A stretch of 63,815 nt of DNA, filler included, from Cercozoa sp. M6MM (GCA_040357565.1; 11 parts of 11 records of this genome joined end to end with filler, not necessarily neighbours in it); one strand, 5' to 3'. Shown: positions 11,819 through 28,700, numbered from the whole stretch's first letter. A program made the numbers and translations. Notes: generated by a model from the letters alone, not told the origin.

Positions 11819-13089
11819 ATGAAGCTCTTGTTTATCACTCTGCTTGCCGCGCAAGTGACACTGGATGTGTCCGGTCGCGCAGTGCGTCGGCGTGCACGAG
11901 AGATGCGGAGCCTTCGCAGAGGAGTTGGAAATCGCGCCCGTGCTGCAATCAGTCGCAATGGGCCGGCAATGCGAAGAAGACAACAGCGACGCGTGACTGC
12001 TCGTGCCAACGCACAGCGGCGCGTGCAGATGGTGAAGCAGTACGAGCCGGTTCCCCCAGAGCCGAGTCCAAGTCCAAGTCCCACTCCTAGTTCCTCGCCG
12101 GAGGTGTCCGAGGTGCCTGCGGAACCAACACCGCCGGCTTCGTGCAGTCAGGACCCACTCCTGCACCCAGACAGTTTTGTGCCGCTTCATGGCTGTCATC
12201 AGACTCTGCACTGCGAGAGTGCCTACAGCTGTAAGGAGGATCCACGCATTGTTGTCAAGAAGGAGTGTGAACCCAGCGTACAGATTTTTCTTAAACATCT
12301 CATCTGTCAGTTGAAACGCGCGTACCTGATATGTATGTGGTGCAGCAATGTGCTGGTCGCTTGGTGTGTCATCCGCGGGCTGCTGCGGACTTTAGTGGCT
12401 GCCACGACGCCAGCGGGCACGAGAGCAAGTTCCGTCCCGATCCCGAACTTGACTTCCGCTGCGTGTAAATATCACATCAATTCATTTTTGTACTTTTACA
12501 CCCCTGGATACAGGTAAAGTTAAACGTACTGGTATTCTGTAAACCACAGCACTTCGTATCCGTACGGTTGCTTTGACCGAGTGAACAACACCTTCGTGGA
12601 CGACTCGCTGTGCCAGGAGGCATGCTTGCCGATACCGGTCCAGTGTCCGGTGCAGCTGTGTGGCTTGTCAGCGCCGGTCTACGCTAGTACCAATATTTTG
12701 TCACTAAAACCTGAGTTTTGTTTTTGCACACTTTGATGTCTTCGCCAGCTGACGATCCCAAGGACCACGGTGACACTGCCTCGAGCTCAGGTCAGTCGAC
12801 CGACAGCGAAGATGCAGCTGGCAACGCAGCCAGCCGTGTTGACAACAACCATGTTGCCAATGATCCCGAAAATCAAGGGACCGCTGATACAGGCCGAGAA
12901 GGAGAAGTTGGCTCCAACGAACCCGAAAAAAGCAACACGCAAGCACAGGAGCAGCGTCCAAAGGACAATGCCGAGCTGGTCGCCGAAGTCGGTGCATCCG
13001 CGCAGAGCGGTGTCACCTCCGATGCTGTGAGTGCAGTTACTTTGACTACCGGAGCTCTGCTCGGCGCACTTCTGCACGCCTTCTACTAG
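11819..13089 (+). CDS. Secreted, probably GPI-anchored Cys-rich surface protein with Arg-rich N-terminal segment
   Basis: Signal peptide MKLLFITLLAAQV, Arg-rich stretch, PSPSPSP linker, Cys-rich exons (GCFDRVNNTFVDDSLCQEACLPIPVQCPVQLC), and hydrophobic C-terminal tail SDAVSAVTLTTGALLGALLHAFY*. Confidence 0.7.
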
Positions 13090-13265
13090 TTTTCCGATCG
13101 AACGCTCATCTCTCTGCAATCAGTTGTTTCATTTCAGTTTCCAAATCCAAGTTTCAACCTAGCAGTTTAAACTGCCAAAACCTTCCGCGCGAATGCAGGT
13201 CAAAACGGCGAATTCGGTTGTGTATGACTTTTGACAAAGACTTTTTACGCGGGCTAATAGAGCGA

Positions 13266-14084
13266 ATGCTTGGGATTCTTCGAAAGCGCGCCGAGGGTAG
13301 CGGGTGTCGCTCCAGTTTTTTTGACTTCACGCCAATGTGGTATTCCTGGACCTCACCTGGTCAGCGGTTGTCGTAAAATAAATCTAGATATAGCGCATGT
13401 GCACGTTCGGCCTGTAAGGTATCACCCGCACGATCGTGCAATCATCAACCTTCCGGCTCGTCCGCTGTACAGCGGCAATGACTGGTGGGGGTGTGTTGTC
13501 TTTCCTTCTCGTTTCAGGAAAACACACTTGACTTGACAGGCCCCGATGCGATGTGCTGATGAGTGACGACAAGACAGCCTACATCATTCGTGCAGATGTT
13601 CCGGGCGTCGACGCATCAGGTTTGAAAGTCAGGATCGACAAGCATGGGGCTGGCGACATACGGATTAAAGGTTTGTCGCAAATGCTTTAATTTGTCGTGG
13701 GTTAGGATTTCGCGGTTTGATTATGTACTTGCAGGCAAGTGGAACAGCCAGAGGATTCAACAACAACAAGAGGACTGGGCTTTCTTCGAGCGGAAGAGAG
13801 GGGAGTTCGTGCGGCGTTTCTCGCTTCCTGTCAACGCCAACACAGACGGTATCGATACCACAGATTAATCACAGTGCATACTCTAAACATTCCTCACTCG
13901 ACTGACACATTTACTGTACTTGTGTTGGTTGTGTTCGTACTTGGCAGCCATGACAGCCACCACGAGTTTGGGTGTTCTGACAGTGCGAATTCCGGTTCTG
14001 TCAGAGGAGAAGGAGATCAGCCCGCAGCAGAAGGACGAGGACAAGTTCCGCGAGATACCGATCGAGATTGAAACTGCAGATTAG
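13266..14084 (+). CDS. Small heat-shock protein (HSP20/alpha-crystallin domain)
   Basis: PRCDV..AYIIRADVPGVD..LKV../..ERKRGEFVRRFSLPVNANTD../ATTSLGVLTVRIP..REIPIE (I-x-I motif). Confidence 0.9.
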
Positions 14085-14400
14085 CGTACTGGCGCTAGTA
14101 TTTTCGTTACTTGGGTTTACAGTCGAGTACGTTCGATCGATTCGCGACTTCGCTTCGCGCGTCCGGTACGTAATTTACCGGTCGGTCGCGATCGGATTCG
14201 ACTGGTATCTATAGTCGAGTATCACAATCGAATATAGTCTAAAACTCCGCTCGGTAGTATGACGACGAGGGGGTTCAGTTTTCGTATCGATATCGCGGTA
14301 TCGTATCCACTCCGATCGACACAGACGAATCAGTAATTGGCCGGGAACGGAGCAATCTTGTTCATGCGCATGTACGATAGGAATTGCTCCGGCACCTGCA

Positions 14401-14493
<93 letters not shown>

Positions 14494-14593
14494 NNNNNNN
14501 NNNNNNNNNNNNNNNNNNNNNNNNNNNNNNNNNNNNNTTAATTAATTAANNNNNNNNNNNNNNNNNNNNNNNNNNNNNNNNNNNNNNNNNNNN

Positions 14594-14641
<48 letters not shown>

Positions 14642-14670
14642 AAAGGGGCGGACAGGATGGAACAGGCATA

Positions 14671-15731
<1,061 letters not shown>

Positions 15732-15997
15732 TTCCTTCTGTTGAGACTGATTGAACACCACAAACAATACGAAATTCTTGCGATCGCGTCATCGGCTCGA
15801 CCGCCACTCCACGACCTGAGCCGAAGAACCTTCTCCGCCGTGGCCGGCAGCCGGGCGGTCCGTTTGTGCGGATTATTGTACCATCGATGCTACAGAATCG
15901 CTCGAATGATGATCGGATCGGCAGACTCTGCAAAGAAAACTACCGCATTCCGTAATTTTGTTACTGTATTTCAGTTACAACAACAACAAACCCCGCC

Positions 15998-17284
<1,287 letters not shown>

Positions 17285-17386
17285 CCNNNNNNNNNNNNNN
17301 NNNNNNNNNNNNNNNNNNNNNNNNNNNNNNTTAATTAATTAANNNNNNNNNNNNNNNNNNNNNNNNNNNNNNNNNNNNNNNNNNNN

Positions 17387-17432
<46 letters not shown>

Positions 17433-17448
17433 ATCAGCCCCTGTGCAG

Positions 17449-18800
17449 GTAATAGCGCAGACGCCTGCGCGGTCGGCGTTTGACGACCCAGACATTGTCG
17501 ACTTGACAACTTTGGTAGAGAGAGAGTGCACAATTATTGGGTGACATCAAAGAAGGTTCTGTGTGAGTGCACAGGACGATGAGGACGACTTGGATATCGG
17601 CGCCGCGCTGAATGTCGGTGACATCACCGAAGAAGGTGAGCCTGACAGCGACACTGAAGTCGACGATGGCAGTGTGAGTGGCGATGAAAGTGTTGCTGAC
17701 GACGCTTCTGCCGTTGCTGACCGTGTGGCGTCTCCGTCGGTGCACTCACATGATGCGACGGGTGGAGTCAGCCACTTTGTCTCCAACGACGGTCTCGATC
17801 TCGATCTTGACGACACCAATGCTCAGTTGGATGACATCAACAACGACACCGTCAACAACCACAATAACAACAACGACAATGATCTCAGCACGCTGAGCGA
17901 CTTTGTCGTCAACGATAGCGTCATCGACCCCGGTGACAGAACCCGGCAGTTGCAGCAGGAGGTGCTGGACGACATGCCGACGCAGATACGGGACCACCCG
18001 ATGCTGGGCGGTGTCGGTGGCGCTGATACCGTTAGTGAAGGTGACAGTGGCAATGATACTCAGGTCGACAGTGATGAGAGCGACACACACAAGCAGCAGG
18101 CCGATATTGTTTTACTCGTTGGCGAATTTGTTTCTGCAGACAATACGGAAACGGTACCTCAATTTTTTCTCTCGCTGCCATGCGTATATTTGTGTGCACA
18201 CTGTAGATCGACGATGTGACACTTGCTCCGACTGACGGTGATATCGAAGATGCATCACCGTTTCTTTTCGATGGTACTATTTGTCTGGTTGTATACGTAT
18301 CTGCACTTACACACCTATCCATGTGCAGACAAGGATGGGGCTGCGTCAAACGAAGAAAATGCTCCGACACATGCGTGTATTGACGCATCAAACGACGACA
18401 TTGACAATAGCAATAGCAACAGCAATAACAGCGGCTTGAGCAACAACAGAGAAAACAGCAACCCCAACTTGCTCAACTCGTCGAGTGCTTTCGCCAGTCC
18501 GGTCGCGCGCCGTAGATCGCCTCCGTTGGACGTGCGTTGTTCTTTGTGGGGTATGTATGTGCGTACACGCGTAACTGGGATGTAGCAACCAAGTGCGAAA
18601 CGCAGGAAGCTAGCTAGTTCAAAGATTGCGTACGTTGTGATTTTCTCCGTGTATAATCTTTGACGTTGTGTTTTCTGCAGTCGACTGACTTCGGACTGCG
18701 ACAGCGACAGGGAGGAAGAATATGATCAACGTCGTCGAAACAGTACGGCTCGCAAGCGGCGGGTAACCCTCTCTCTGGCTGCATGCTCGTTCGTCGAAGT
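17449..18800 (+). CDS. Hypothetical acidic/Asn-rich low-complexity protein, 5' partial
   Basis: Long D/E/N-rich exon at about 17575-18097 and further GT-AG-flanked exons. No domain recognised; end uncertain. Confidence 0.45.
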
Positions 18801-19767
18801 GTTTGTGTTTTCTCGCTTTGGTAGGTTAAAAAAAGTTTGTCGAAAAAAGTTCTGACGGGTTTAACTCGCTCCCGTCGGCCTGTATTTGTATCACGACAGA
18901 AGTGACCGGATGTGCCCCGTGACTTGATGACCATGGTACCTCGAAGTATCGTACACAGTTTTGGCATAAATAATGTAGTGTCAGTGCGTTAAAAATGTCA
19001 TGTGCCTAAGCTATATCGCAGCTGGTTTTCTCCTCTCACTCTCGTGTTAACATGCAAGGGCTCCAGGTAGTCGACGTTCTCGGGTCTGCTCAGCATGTCT
19101 GCGTCACTCAGTTCGTTTGATTCGTCACATTCTATCAGTCCCGACAGGGTGGTGCAGGTAGCGGGCAATAACAACACAGTCATGCCAATTGCTTGCGCAC
19201 GACGCGACGCGACGGTACAACCAAACGTTCTAGTAGCTGTCGATCGCGTCAGGTATCGTACCGTGCACTTCAGTACCGTACGATCGTGTACGTAGGTATC
19301 GTATGCTAGATCGACGGATCTACCCGTTCTCCACGGCTGCGCCGTCATAGCACCGAATCGCATGCGCACGCAACGGCGCCGCAATTAATTTGAGTCAGTT
19401 AAAAATTACGAGCATGTTACATACGCGTGGATGCGTATGACCGGTTTTTTCCGGCTCGTTGGTCAATTCAGTTGGAAAGTGGCACAGCATGTCACAGTCG
19501 TCGGGTTTGGTGTCAAGTGTTTGCATCTGAGTGATTTATCACTGTCACTGGCTGGGCAGCGATCAAGTTGCAAAAACGAGTAATAACTGTCACATTCCGC
19601 TACATCCGCGTGGAAGATTGGCGCTGCAAAATATACCGATTCCCTCACGTTCACTGCGCATAAGGGCCGCTAAGTTTCCGGCTCTCGGTACCGCTGCTTT
19701 GGAAGACATCGTTTAAGCAATTTCAGTTTGCGTCCGCTTTTTCTTGCAGAGGGCAGAGACGAAATTT

Positions 19768-22700
19768 ATGTCTGCCGAATACGTCGATGCAGATCTGCAA
19801 GATCCTTTTCTTCGTCCGGAGGATTTTTTGGGTGGAGCTCGGGCTACCCTAGGAGTGTCGATACACGATGAGGAGAGCCAAGAGCATGCCTTTGGCTCTC
19901 AAGCGATTGCCGAGACGAGTTTGACGTTTTTGTCGGACAGCTCAAACCCTGTTGAGGAAGATCTTGTGCAGCACTTGATGTCGCAGGTGACGTTGCTATC
20001 TGCCACCGTGCAGAACTCTCAATTTTCAAACAAACTGAAGGCAAAGCTACAGAACCAGGCGGCAGCCCAGAGCTTGCTAAAGACAGAAATCGAAGACTTG
20101 GCTAGAATTGCTGTCACCAACAAGAAATCTTGCCAGCTTATCGTTCGAAGTGGAAGCAAAATCAGCTTGGCAACACAAATGAGCGTGCAGTTTTGGCTTT
20201 CAATCTTCATGATTCTGGTGAAAGCAGTTCGAGAACAAAAGCTGTCCATTGTTAAAGACTCTTTGCTGGCGTTGTACCAAGCGTTCGAGCAAGACGACAT
20301 TACTGCGCCTTGCGACTTGGACGAAACGAACGAACTCATTGTGGCTTTGCAGCCGACCATCAACTTCGTTCGAGAGATAGTCTTGCATTCAAGACTTCAG
20401 CCGAACCTTCAGCACGACAATATCCCCTCAATCGAAGCGCTTTCTGAGGAAAGAACTATCGCGTTTCGGCTTCTCGTCCGTGCTTGCGCTGCTTTCAGGT
20501 CATGCTCATTGGCCTTGGCTGTGGTCCAGTGCTGGCAGTTGACTCCTGAGAAAAACAGCATGCTCATGCCTCTGAACAACGAAGAGCCTTCAGAAATCGC
20601 AATGAAGCGCGATATGTGCTTGGCCCTTGGATTTGAAGATGTGGATGAACTCCCAAGGACCAATCAAGGGCTGGCTGCCGCCATGCTCCGAAGGGTCAAG
20701 CGCGCCGCAGTTGAAGCGAAGCAAAAGCTCGATGTTCTTCCCTCTGTCGTATCATTTTCACAGAAAGACGTATTCCGACAGTGGGGTTTTCCGTATGGCC
20801 TGGATCTCAACGCCCATACGTTTGACATTCTTTTCGACATGCTACAATCTTCTGCCTTCGAGCCTCACATGGACGACTTGCTTTTCATTCTTGACGTCCA
20901 TTTCAAGTTCATGACGCATTTTCTGGCCGACTTGCGGGGCTTTGGGTTCTCAGAGGACAAAATACGTGACTTGCGACAATTTTTGGTGAAACGAAGCAAG
21001 CACGATGGACTGGCAGCACAGGTTCTGTATGCCAACTGCACGTGTCTATGTGCGACCGAGACCGAAGAGCTTGCGAAGTTTCTCTCGAATTCCTTTGCGT
21101 CATGTCCCGAACACCTTCTCCAACCGCAGGTCGTTGGGAGTTTGAACACTACTGCTGTTGTTAGCGAGCTTCTTCGCCCCATTTTACCCGTTTCGGGTGG
21201 AGAGGAGATGCTAGCCGCAGAGAAAGACAACTTTCTGAGGCACATGAAGACATCCAGTACGATCGTCCTCTTCAAACAACTTGCAGATGCTGTCGGCGAT
21301 GCCGATGCAAGCGTCCGACGAGATCTTTTGCAGATTTTGCAGCGAATCGTCCAGCAACTTGCTTGCGCAGTTGAGACAGGAGTGAAGGAGAGCGAAAGTT
21401 CAATTCGTCATTCACTATGCAGCTACGTTTATGTCATGGTGACGACAGTATTCTTACAAAAAACACTCGACACGTTCTCTCGCACTCTGGCTGCACTGGA
21501 GGTGGAATCTGAAGAAGACACTGACTCGGTGCTCGTTCTGTTTTTGTGGCCTGTTCTGCTGGCACTTGCGCGTTTGGTTGACGAATCGTGGCTGCCGGAT
21601 ATGTACGTCTTGAAGTTGTCGCAGCCGCTAAAGATGTGGCTGTACTCACTCGAACTATCTCGGAAGCGGTCCAAGTTTTCACGGACTCGGCTTTTGCCAT
21701 CCTCGAGAAAACTGCTGACAATCAAAACGAGCAAACGAAGTGTGCGGCATGTCTCCATTGGTGGCGCGGTGGAACTGAATTTGTCGTTTACAGGCGTTTC
21801 ACGAAATCCCGGCATCGTTGTCGAAGTCACGTTTCCTGAACGCTCGGTCGGAGGTGTAACTGCTAGCGCTCGAAGTCGAAACATCCAAGTGACGAAGGAC
21901 ACTCATATCGTTTGCGGAGGACCTGAGTGTCACATCACCGTCCTTGGAGATTCTACGGATGACAACCCTTCGCAGCGCATTAAAATCAGCGTCACGGCCC
22001 TGAAATATCGAAAGATGCATTCGTTTCTCGACGAGCTGTCTCGGACTGCGGCCTACGTTTGCGGAGCAGTTGCTTGCCAGCTTTTGAATTCAACACATTC
22101 AAGTGAAGACGAGCGATCATGTCGAGACCTTTTGGAGACTGGCCTGTTGTTTGGTGGTCTTCGGCCGGGTTGCGACGGTATCCTGGAAAGTGAGACCACT
22201 TCGGATGTTCTTTCAGACGAGGCAGCAGCCGTTTTGTTTCCGACCCTGCCTCCCGTGAGAACTGACACGCTCACAGGAAATGCGAGCATCAGTGCAGACT
22301 CTGAGACAAGCGTCGGAGCACAGCGTGCGTCGCTGGTTTTGTTGGGAATGTTATTCCACGAAATCAAGAAGTCTGGCGCGACAATTCCTTTGGTGCTACT
22401 GAAGTCACTTGATGCCTGCCCTCTTATCGACAGTGAGGTGTTGTTGGAGCACTACTCAAGCTCGGTCACAGCTATGCCCGCCTTTTATCCACCTTCTCGC
22501 AAGCCGCTGATCTTCAAGTTGCAACGCACAGTGTTCTTGCTTTTAGCATACTGCCTTGACCTCGTTGACGCTGTTGTGACTGAAGCTCGTTTGTTGAGTG
22601 CAACTGCAGATACGGGATTGCCTGACGGTTTTACTCGAGACGAGTCACTTGAACGTATTTGGAAAAAGTCGATGCAACAAGTGACTGCGTGGGTGAACAC

Positions 22701-25700
22701 CAAGCTTGGACAGGGATTCTCGCAAGATCATTGCCTCAGCGTCGTTTGTCGACGAGTTTTGCTCCTCGCGCACTTTGAGCCGGGTATTCGAGGAATTTCG
22801 AAAATGCACCGACTTGAGATTGGAACCACGCTGACACTAAACGCCCCGTCTCAGTCCCGTTCTCGACGAGACTCAAAAACCAGCTTGCGCCGACTGTCGG
22901 TAGACTCAATATCGAGCCGAGGGCGAGCCCTCGGAGCTTCAAACACACACTTGAACGCTGCCAGAACTGCTGCAGAGCAACGCACAATGCAGTCGCTATT
23001 CCAGTTCTTTTTGCAAGACGACTCCGAAAAGACCAACCATATTCTGCAGACAATCACGGTGCAAAGAGAGCGAGCTATACTTCGTTGGAGCGGCCTCTGC
23101 TTGTTCAAGTCTCTGCAAGAGAGTCTAAGTAACAAAGACCTGCGAATTGAGGTGTTCCGGCGTCTGAAAGTCATGGAATGTGAGCAGGTAAATTAGTTTG
23201 AACAGAATTTTGCCTCGGCGGTTTCCGTTATAATAAATTTACAAACGAAACAGGATGGAAATCGACACTTTCTTTCTGGTCTCACAACCACCGGGCCGGC
23301 CTGTCTCACAGCTTTGCTCGAAAAGTACTACTCTCTTGTGATATCCCTGCAAGGAAAGGAGGGTGACAGCGACGACATCTTGTTGGCTCTCAATCTATTC
23401 AACATCGGTAAATTTTTCTGCAGACCAACGCTCCTTTTTATAATTACACCTGGAGCCCACTTAAAAATGCTACTTTCGTAGAATTCGACGATCAGGATTT
23501 CCATTACCTTCGCAAGTCGCAGTTTCTGGACTTTTTGGCGCCATTGATGGATTTCCATTCATCGTATCCGTGGAATTCACGCTATGCAGCATGGACACTG
23601 TTTCGGACCAATGCTTATCTGCTCACGCGATGTGGGAACAATGAAGACAGTGCGGCGACTGGTGTTACCGCAGACTCCAATACGGCAATTCGGCTACTCC
23701 GTCGCAGCGCACTGAGAATCATTGCGAAAACTATTGATACTCTCGCTCTTAACATTGAACGGATTTCTTCAAGTGTTTTCGAGGAGATCAAACCTTCCCC
23801 TGTCGTCGACAAATCAGAACGAGATGAAGAAGCTGTGCTGAGTGAGTGGACGTGCTCCATCTGCACTTTGACAAACCCGATGTCGCAAAACGTTTGTCGC
23901 GTCTGTGAGGCACAGCGTCCCGAAGACACGCAACAGCAGCAAACGTCGGCGTATTCGTGTCCGACGTGTACTTTTGTCAATGTTCCAGGCAGCACTGAGT
24001 GTCAGATGTGCCAAACACCGCTGCAGCGTGTTCAGCAGCAACGCTCAATTCGACGGGCCTCAGAAGTGGAGATGGACGTGATTCCTCGATTCGAGCCGCG
24101 TTCCCTGGTGGTACGCAGCGGAGATCTGACGCTTAGTGATGAAGATGAAGAGTTTGCGCGTTTTGATGCCGAAGAAAATCGATCCGTGGAGTTGACGATA
24201 CCGCTAAATGCCCATCTCACACTTTCAACGAAAGAAGTGATTACGACAGGCGTTTGCAGCGCCTCGTTTTTTGTAGAATCAATCACGGATGCCAAACACA
24301 CGACTTTGTCTCTTGGCCTGACTTCTGTAGCCTGCGATGATGACTTTCTGTACGGATTCCGCAGCGATGGTAAAAAGGTACGACAAGTGAGAACAGCAGA
24401 CGGAAAGGTACTAAATTAGTTAGGACTCCGTTGCAGGCCTCTGCTTTTAACAGTGGACATTACCCGACGCGCGTAGAAAACAATGGAGGCTCTCAACTTT
24501 TCACACCCGTGGGGAGCTGGAGATGTGATACGCGTCAAATACGACCACAAGAACGGAACCATGGAATACTTTCGGAACGGCGACTTCCTTGGAGTTGCAT
24601 TCGTTGATGTACGGGGGGCGTATCGGTTCTCCTTATTGTTTAAGGGAGGATCAGCGCGCGTCGTCGTGATCCCAGCTACCGAAACGAAAGAGACACTTGC
24701 ACGATTGTCGAAGTCTGTGGATTGGATTCTGCGCGGAGACTCTCTTTCCCTCACAGACGCACCGGTCGCCTGGTTTCAACACGCTTTCAAGGATTTGGGT
24801 AGCGACGGTGTTGACAGACGAGCCAAGTCGTGCGCCAACTTGTCGTTAACTGAAGCGACGTCAAGAGTGGCGGAGGCACGGTGCTTCGGAGTTCAGTTTT
24901 GGTGGCTGCTCTACCGCATGGTTAGGGGAAACAAGAGAAACGCAGAGTACTTGTGCCACGACGAGTTTGCCTTTAGAACCATCATCAAGGCATGGTTGCG
25001 AACCAACAAACAGCATGACGGGCTGCGGGGAGCTCTGGGAGACATTGAGCGATTTCTCATCTGGCGAGTCGCACGTGAAGTAATTGCATTTGTGAACCCT
25101 ACGTGCGATCGAATTCAAGATGTCAACGTCAACATGTGGTTGTCGTCTTGCGTCGAGAACGGCGTTTTTCAGCGAAGTGAAGCAGTTGGGCTTGTTAGAA
25201 CTCTGATGGAAGTTGACGAATGGAAACACAACTTCGTGTCCTTCTTCAAGGAGTCTTGTGCAACCTTCCAGGGACCGCAAAGTTCACCGGAGGTATCAAA
25301 GGCTATAAGCGAGTCCTTGCCATCCATAGCAAGGCTGGGGATTGTATATCTATCTGTCTGTTTGGTTTGAAGACGCGAAACACTGCATTGCTAGCGCTTT
25401 TGGTTCATGGAGACTGTCCAGATGACTTCAGAATTGGAGCTCGTGTGCGACATCTTACTTCGCTGGAGGAAGGTGTTGTTGTCAAGCTGGAGAGGGACAA
25501 GCAGCTTGTAACGCTCGACGTCGGGTCGACAGTGCCAATGGCAGAGTGCACTGTACGCACTTCGGTTGAGTTAGACGTGCCAGCACTCTTCGGGAAGCAA
25601 CTTCCGAGTAAGAAATCGGATGAAGTTGGCAGGCGAGCAAGTCTCATGCGAACCTCAATACAAGAAGAAATGGACTACGGCATTGTCGCACAAACGTTGT

Positions 25701-28700
25701 CGTATATCCCTCGCCTGATTTCTCACCTGAAGGAGTACCCTGAGGAAGCTCTCTGGACGGTGGCAGCTGTAGGTTGCGTCGCCAATCTCATTCACGTGTT
25801 CCCTCGCACGTTTGTTCCGTTGCTGTGCGAGATATCATCGATAGACACAACAAACAAGCAGCTTTCACCGTTTCAAACGAGAAGAATCATCGCTCAGTCA
25901 CCTTCAAGGCCTGGAGTGTCCCTGGTCACAGATGATCGTAGCATTTGTTCGCACAGTAGCTCTCTCGAATACCGCGAGGTATTGAGCATGTGTAAGCGTG
26001 CCAAGGCCGCTTTGGACGAAATCGGGGATTCGCACCCTCGGGATCTGGTCCGCCTATTCAACGTGTCAGGTGAAAGTCTTCTTGACGAAAAGAGGGTTCA
26101 ACTAATTGCAACGAAATTCTTCTTTCGGCAAGGATACTGCATCGCACTTCGCGAAAGCCGTTTGGAAGAAACATCAACCGATGTCACAGTCTACCACTGC
26201 GACCAACTTCGAACCGCGAAACCAATAGCGACGCTTCTTGTTCCGCGAGCCCCTCGAGACATCGTTGATTTTGTTGTCGCGGACTCACAATGCATACGAT
26301 GCGTGGCACTCGATACCAGTGGTGACATATGGCTGGGGTGGCGACGTTCACCGGAACTACCAACCTTCGGAGTTACTTGCGTGTTCAGCGATGACCACAA
26401 AGTGGAGGTAAATCTACCTAAACAATGCAATAGCATATTGTTCGGCCACGGTGCTGAAAAATTGTGGCGTTTCTTTTGGCACTAGGATGCGCGATTCATC
26501 GCTTTCTCAAGATCAAAGGATTTGCTGTTGTGCGCAAACGTCAAAGGAAAGCTCTGCGCTGTTTCTTTGTCCGCCACAAACTTAGGCATAGTGCAACCTC
26601 TACATTCTTTGCGCGCGCGGCACGAAATTCAATGTTTCGGCTTTGACGTGACCGAAGAGCATGTCGTTTGGATTGATCAAAACGGAGTGGTCTTCTCCAC
26701 TGAGTTCGCAGCATTGGCTGGAAGCGGTGCCGAAGTCCATGCAAACCTAGTGCTACCTTCCAATCTGATGGAAGAGTCAGGCAGTCGGTGCTGGATCAGA
26801 AACGGAGCAGCTCGGCGTGGCGAAGAGTACTTCATTCTACAGGGCGACACTGCGATAGAGCTTGAGTTTCCGAAGGACGCCAAGTTCGTTGCCTTACTTC
26901 CACGAATCTCCAACGACAACCACGGCAGCAAGCCCATCTTCATTGGGCCAACCACTGAAAAAACCTTCCAGGAGTACTTTGTACCATTCACGGCAGGAGA
27001 ATGGTTGGATTCGACTGCAAGTGGAGCGGGTTTCGAGAATGTGAACATCTTGCAAAATGACGAAGACCCCGCCTTGCTGGTCGCAGTATGCGAAGAGGTT
27101 GGTGCCGGTAGACCTCGGACCCAATCTCGCAGAAGCAGAAGCAGAGTCTCCGCAGCCAAGCTGGAGCAGTATCGAATCGTAAGACAGCACTTGACGCATT
27201 TGGGTGCAGACCGCAGAATCTTCAACCTCGAGGGCCTGGTGCAAAGCGTTCACGATTCTCCGCGAACGCTCATACATGCTGCAACGTGTACGTCGCTGAT
27301 ACCTTCTCTCCTCGAGAGCAGCGACGGATTTAAGGGTGCTAACGTGCCTGACGATCCGGAGAAACTACGCCAAGCATGGGAAGAAATAGTCGGAGTGGGT
27401 GCCGACGGAGAGATCTTGCGAGCTTTACAGGAGCTTGATGCCAACCGAGTGCTATCTCACGTCAGTGAACGAACGTCTTCATCCGTGTACATTTCTGCCA
27501 ACGCACAATCTGCTTTTGGCGCAAGCTCAATGACTTCTGAAATCCCGGACACCGATTACACATTTGAAAGCAACCTTGTCGACTGTATGAGTCAAATCGC
27601 ACGCAAAGGTCTTGTGCGGGTTCTGACGGCCAAGTTGATCCAAGATCTAATTCGAAAAGGGCACTTCTCTCCGCTGATACAGTTGATTGTGCGCGACGGT
27701 GATCCAGATGTGGTTGAGGAACTGCGCAACAAGCTGATCTCGGCACTTGAAGTACAGGCCGACAGTTTGACCTGTACCCCGGAGAGTTCATCGGTATCGT
27801 CAAGCGAAAGTCTGGATCGACGAGTAGACGAGAGTGTGTCGCTGGCAAAAACGCTGTCTGCAGAATGCTACTTCCACCTTATTTACTCCGCAGCTTCGCA
27901 TTCGGCAGGCACGCCGTCAAAGGCAACATCAGTGGCAAACTGCCCAGATGCGGTGGTGGGACTCTGGATCCTCGACGTGCTTGAGAGGTTCAATTCTAAA
28001 CTCGTCGAAGTTGCAAAAGTCGCTCCTCTTCTTGTCGACTCGTTGCTGACTCAGGCACAAGCGGTGGCGTACACGCGCGTTCGGGATGTTGAAGAGCTAA
28101 AGACATTAGTGGCTCAATCGCAAGTCCGTCTGCGAACAATCTCACGCCTGTTGCTCCAAGAAAGCACGATGCGAATGATAAATCCGCAGTTGGCTTTAAA
28201 TCTGTTCCAGTTCCTTGGCAGACTGGGAAAGGTACGCTCGCCCACAATCTGTACATGCTCTGTCACCGTGTTGGCATAGGATATCGTCTCTCAAATCCCA
28301 CTAAATTCTTCCAACATGCCCGAAAACGAGCGACTCCGAGTTCAACTGTGCTGCGATGTGTATCGCGCCGTTGCAGAAATCTCTTCCGTTATTAGCCAAC
28401 GAATCATGGGAATTGCACGTGACGCCACACAAGAACAAACTGCCAATTTGCTGGAGCACGTGGCGTCACCAGACGCAAACTGGACGGTGACGTTAAGCGC
28501 GTTCACCGCAGCCTTGCTGTCGTGGGACACTAACGCAACTTTTCCGCCTATCTTTGAAGAGCTCGTGCGCCACAAGTACAGCACTCGGGGCGCATGGGAT
28601 GAAACTTGGATCGAACGGATGAGAGAACACTTCGTGAGCAAGGAAATGGACGCCGATCTCGTGTTGCTTTTAAACAAGCACTTCGCTTCGTCGTCGAACC

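Noticed and set aside
11906-11917. RSLR as an oomycete-type RxLR effector motif
   Set aside because: Expected by chance in an Arg-rich stretch, no dEER follows, and the protein looks GPI-anchored.
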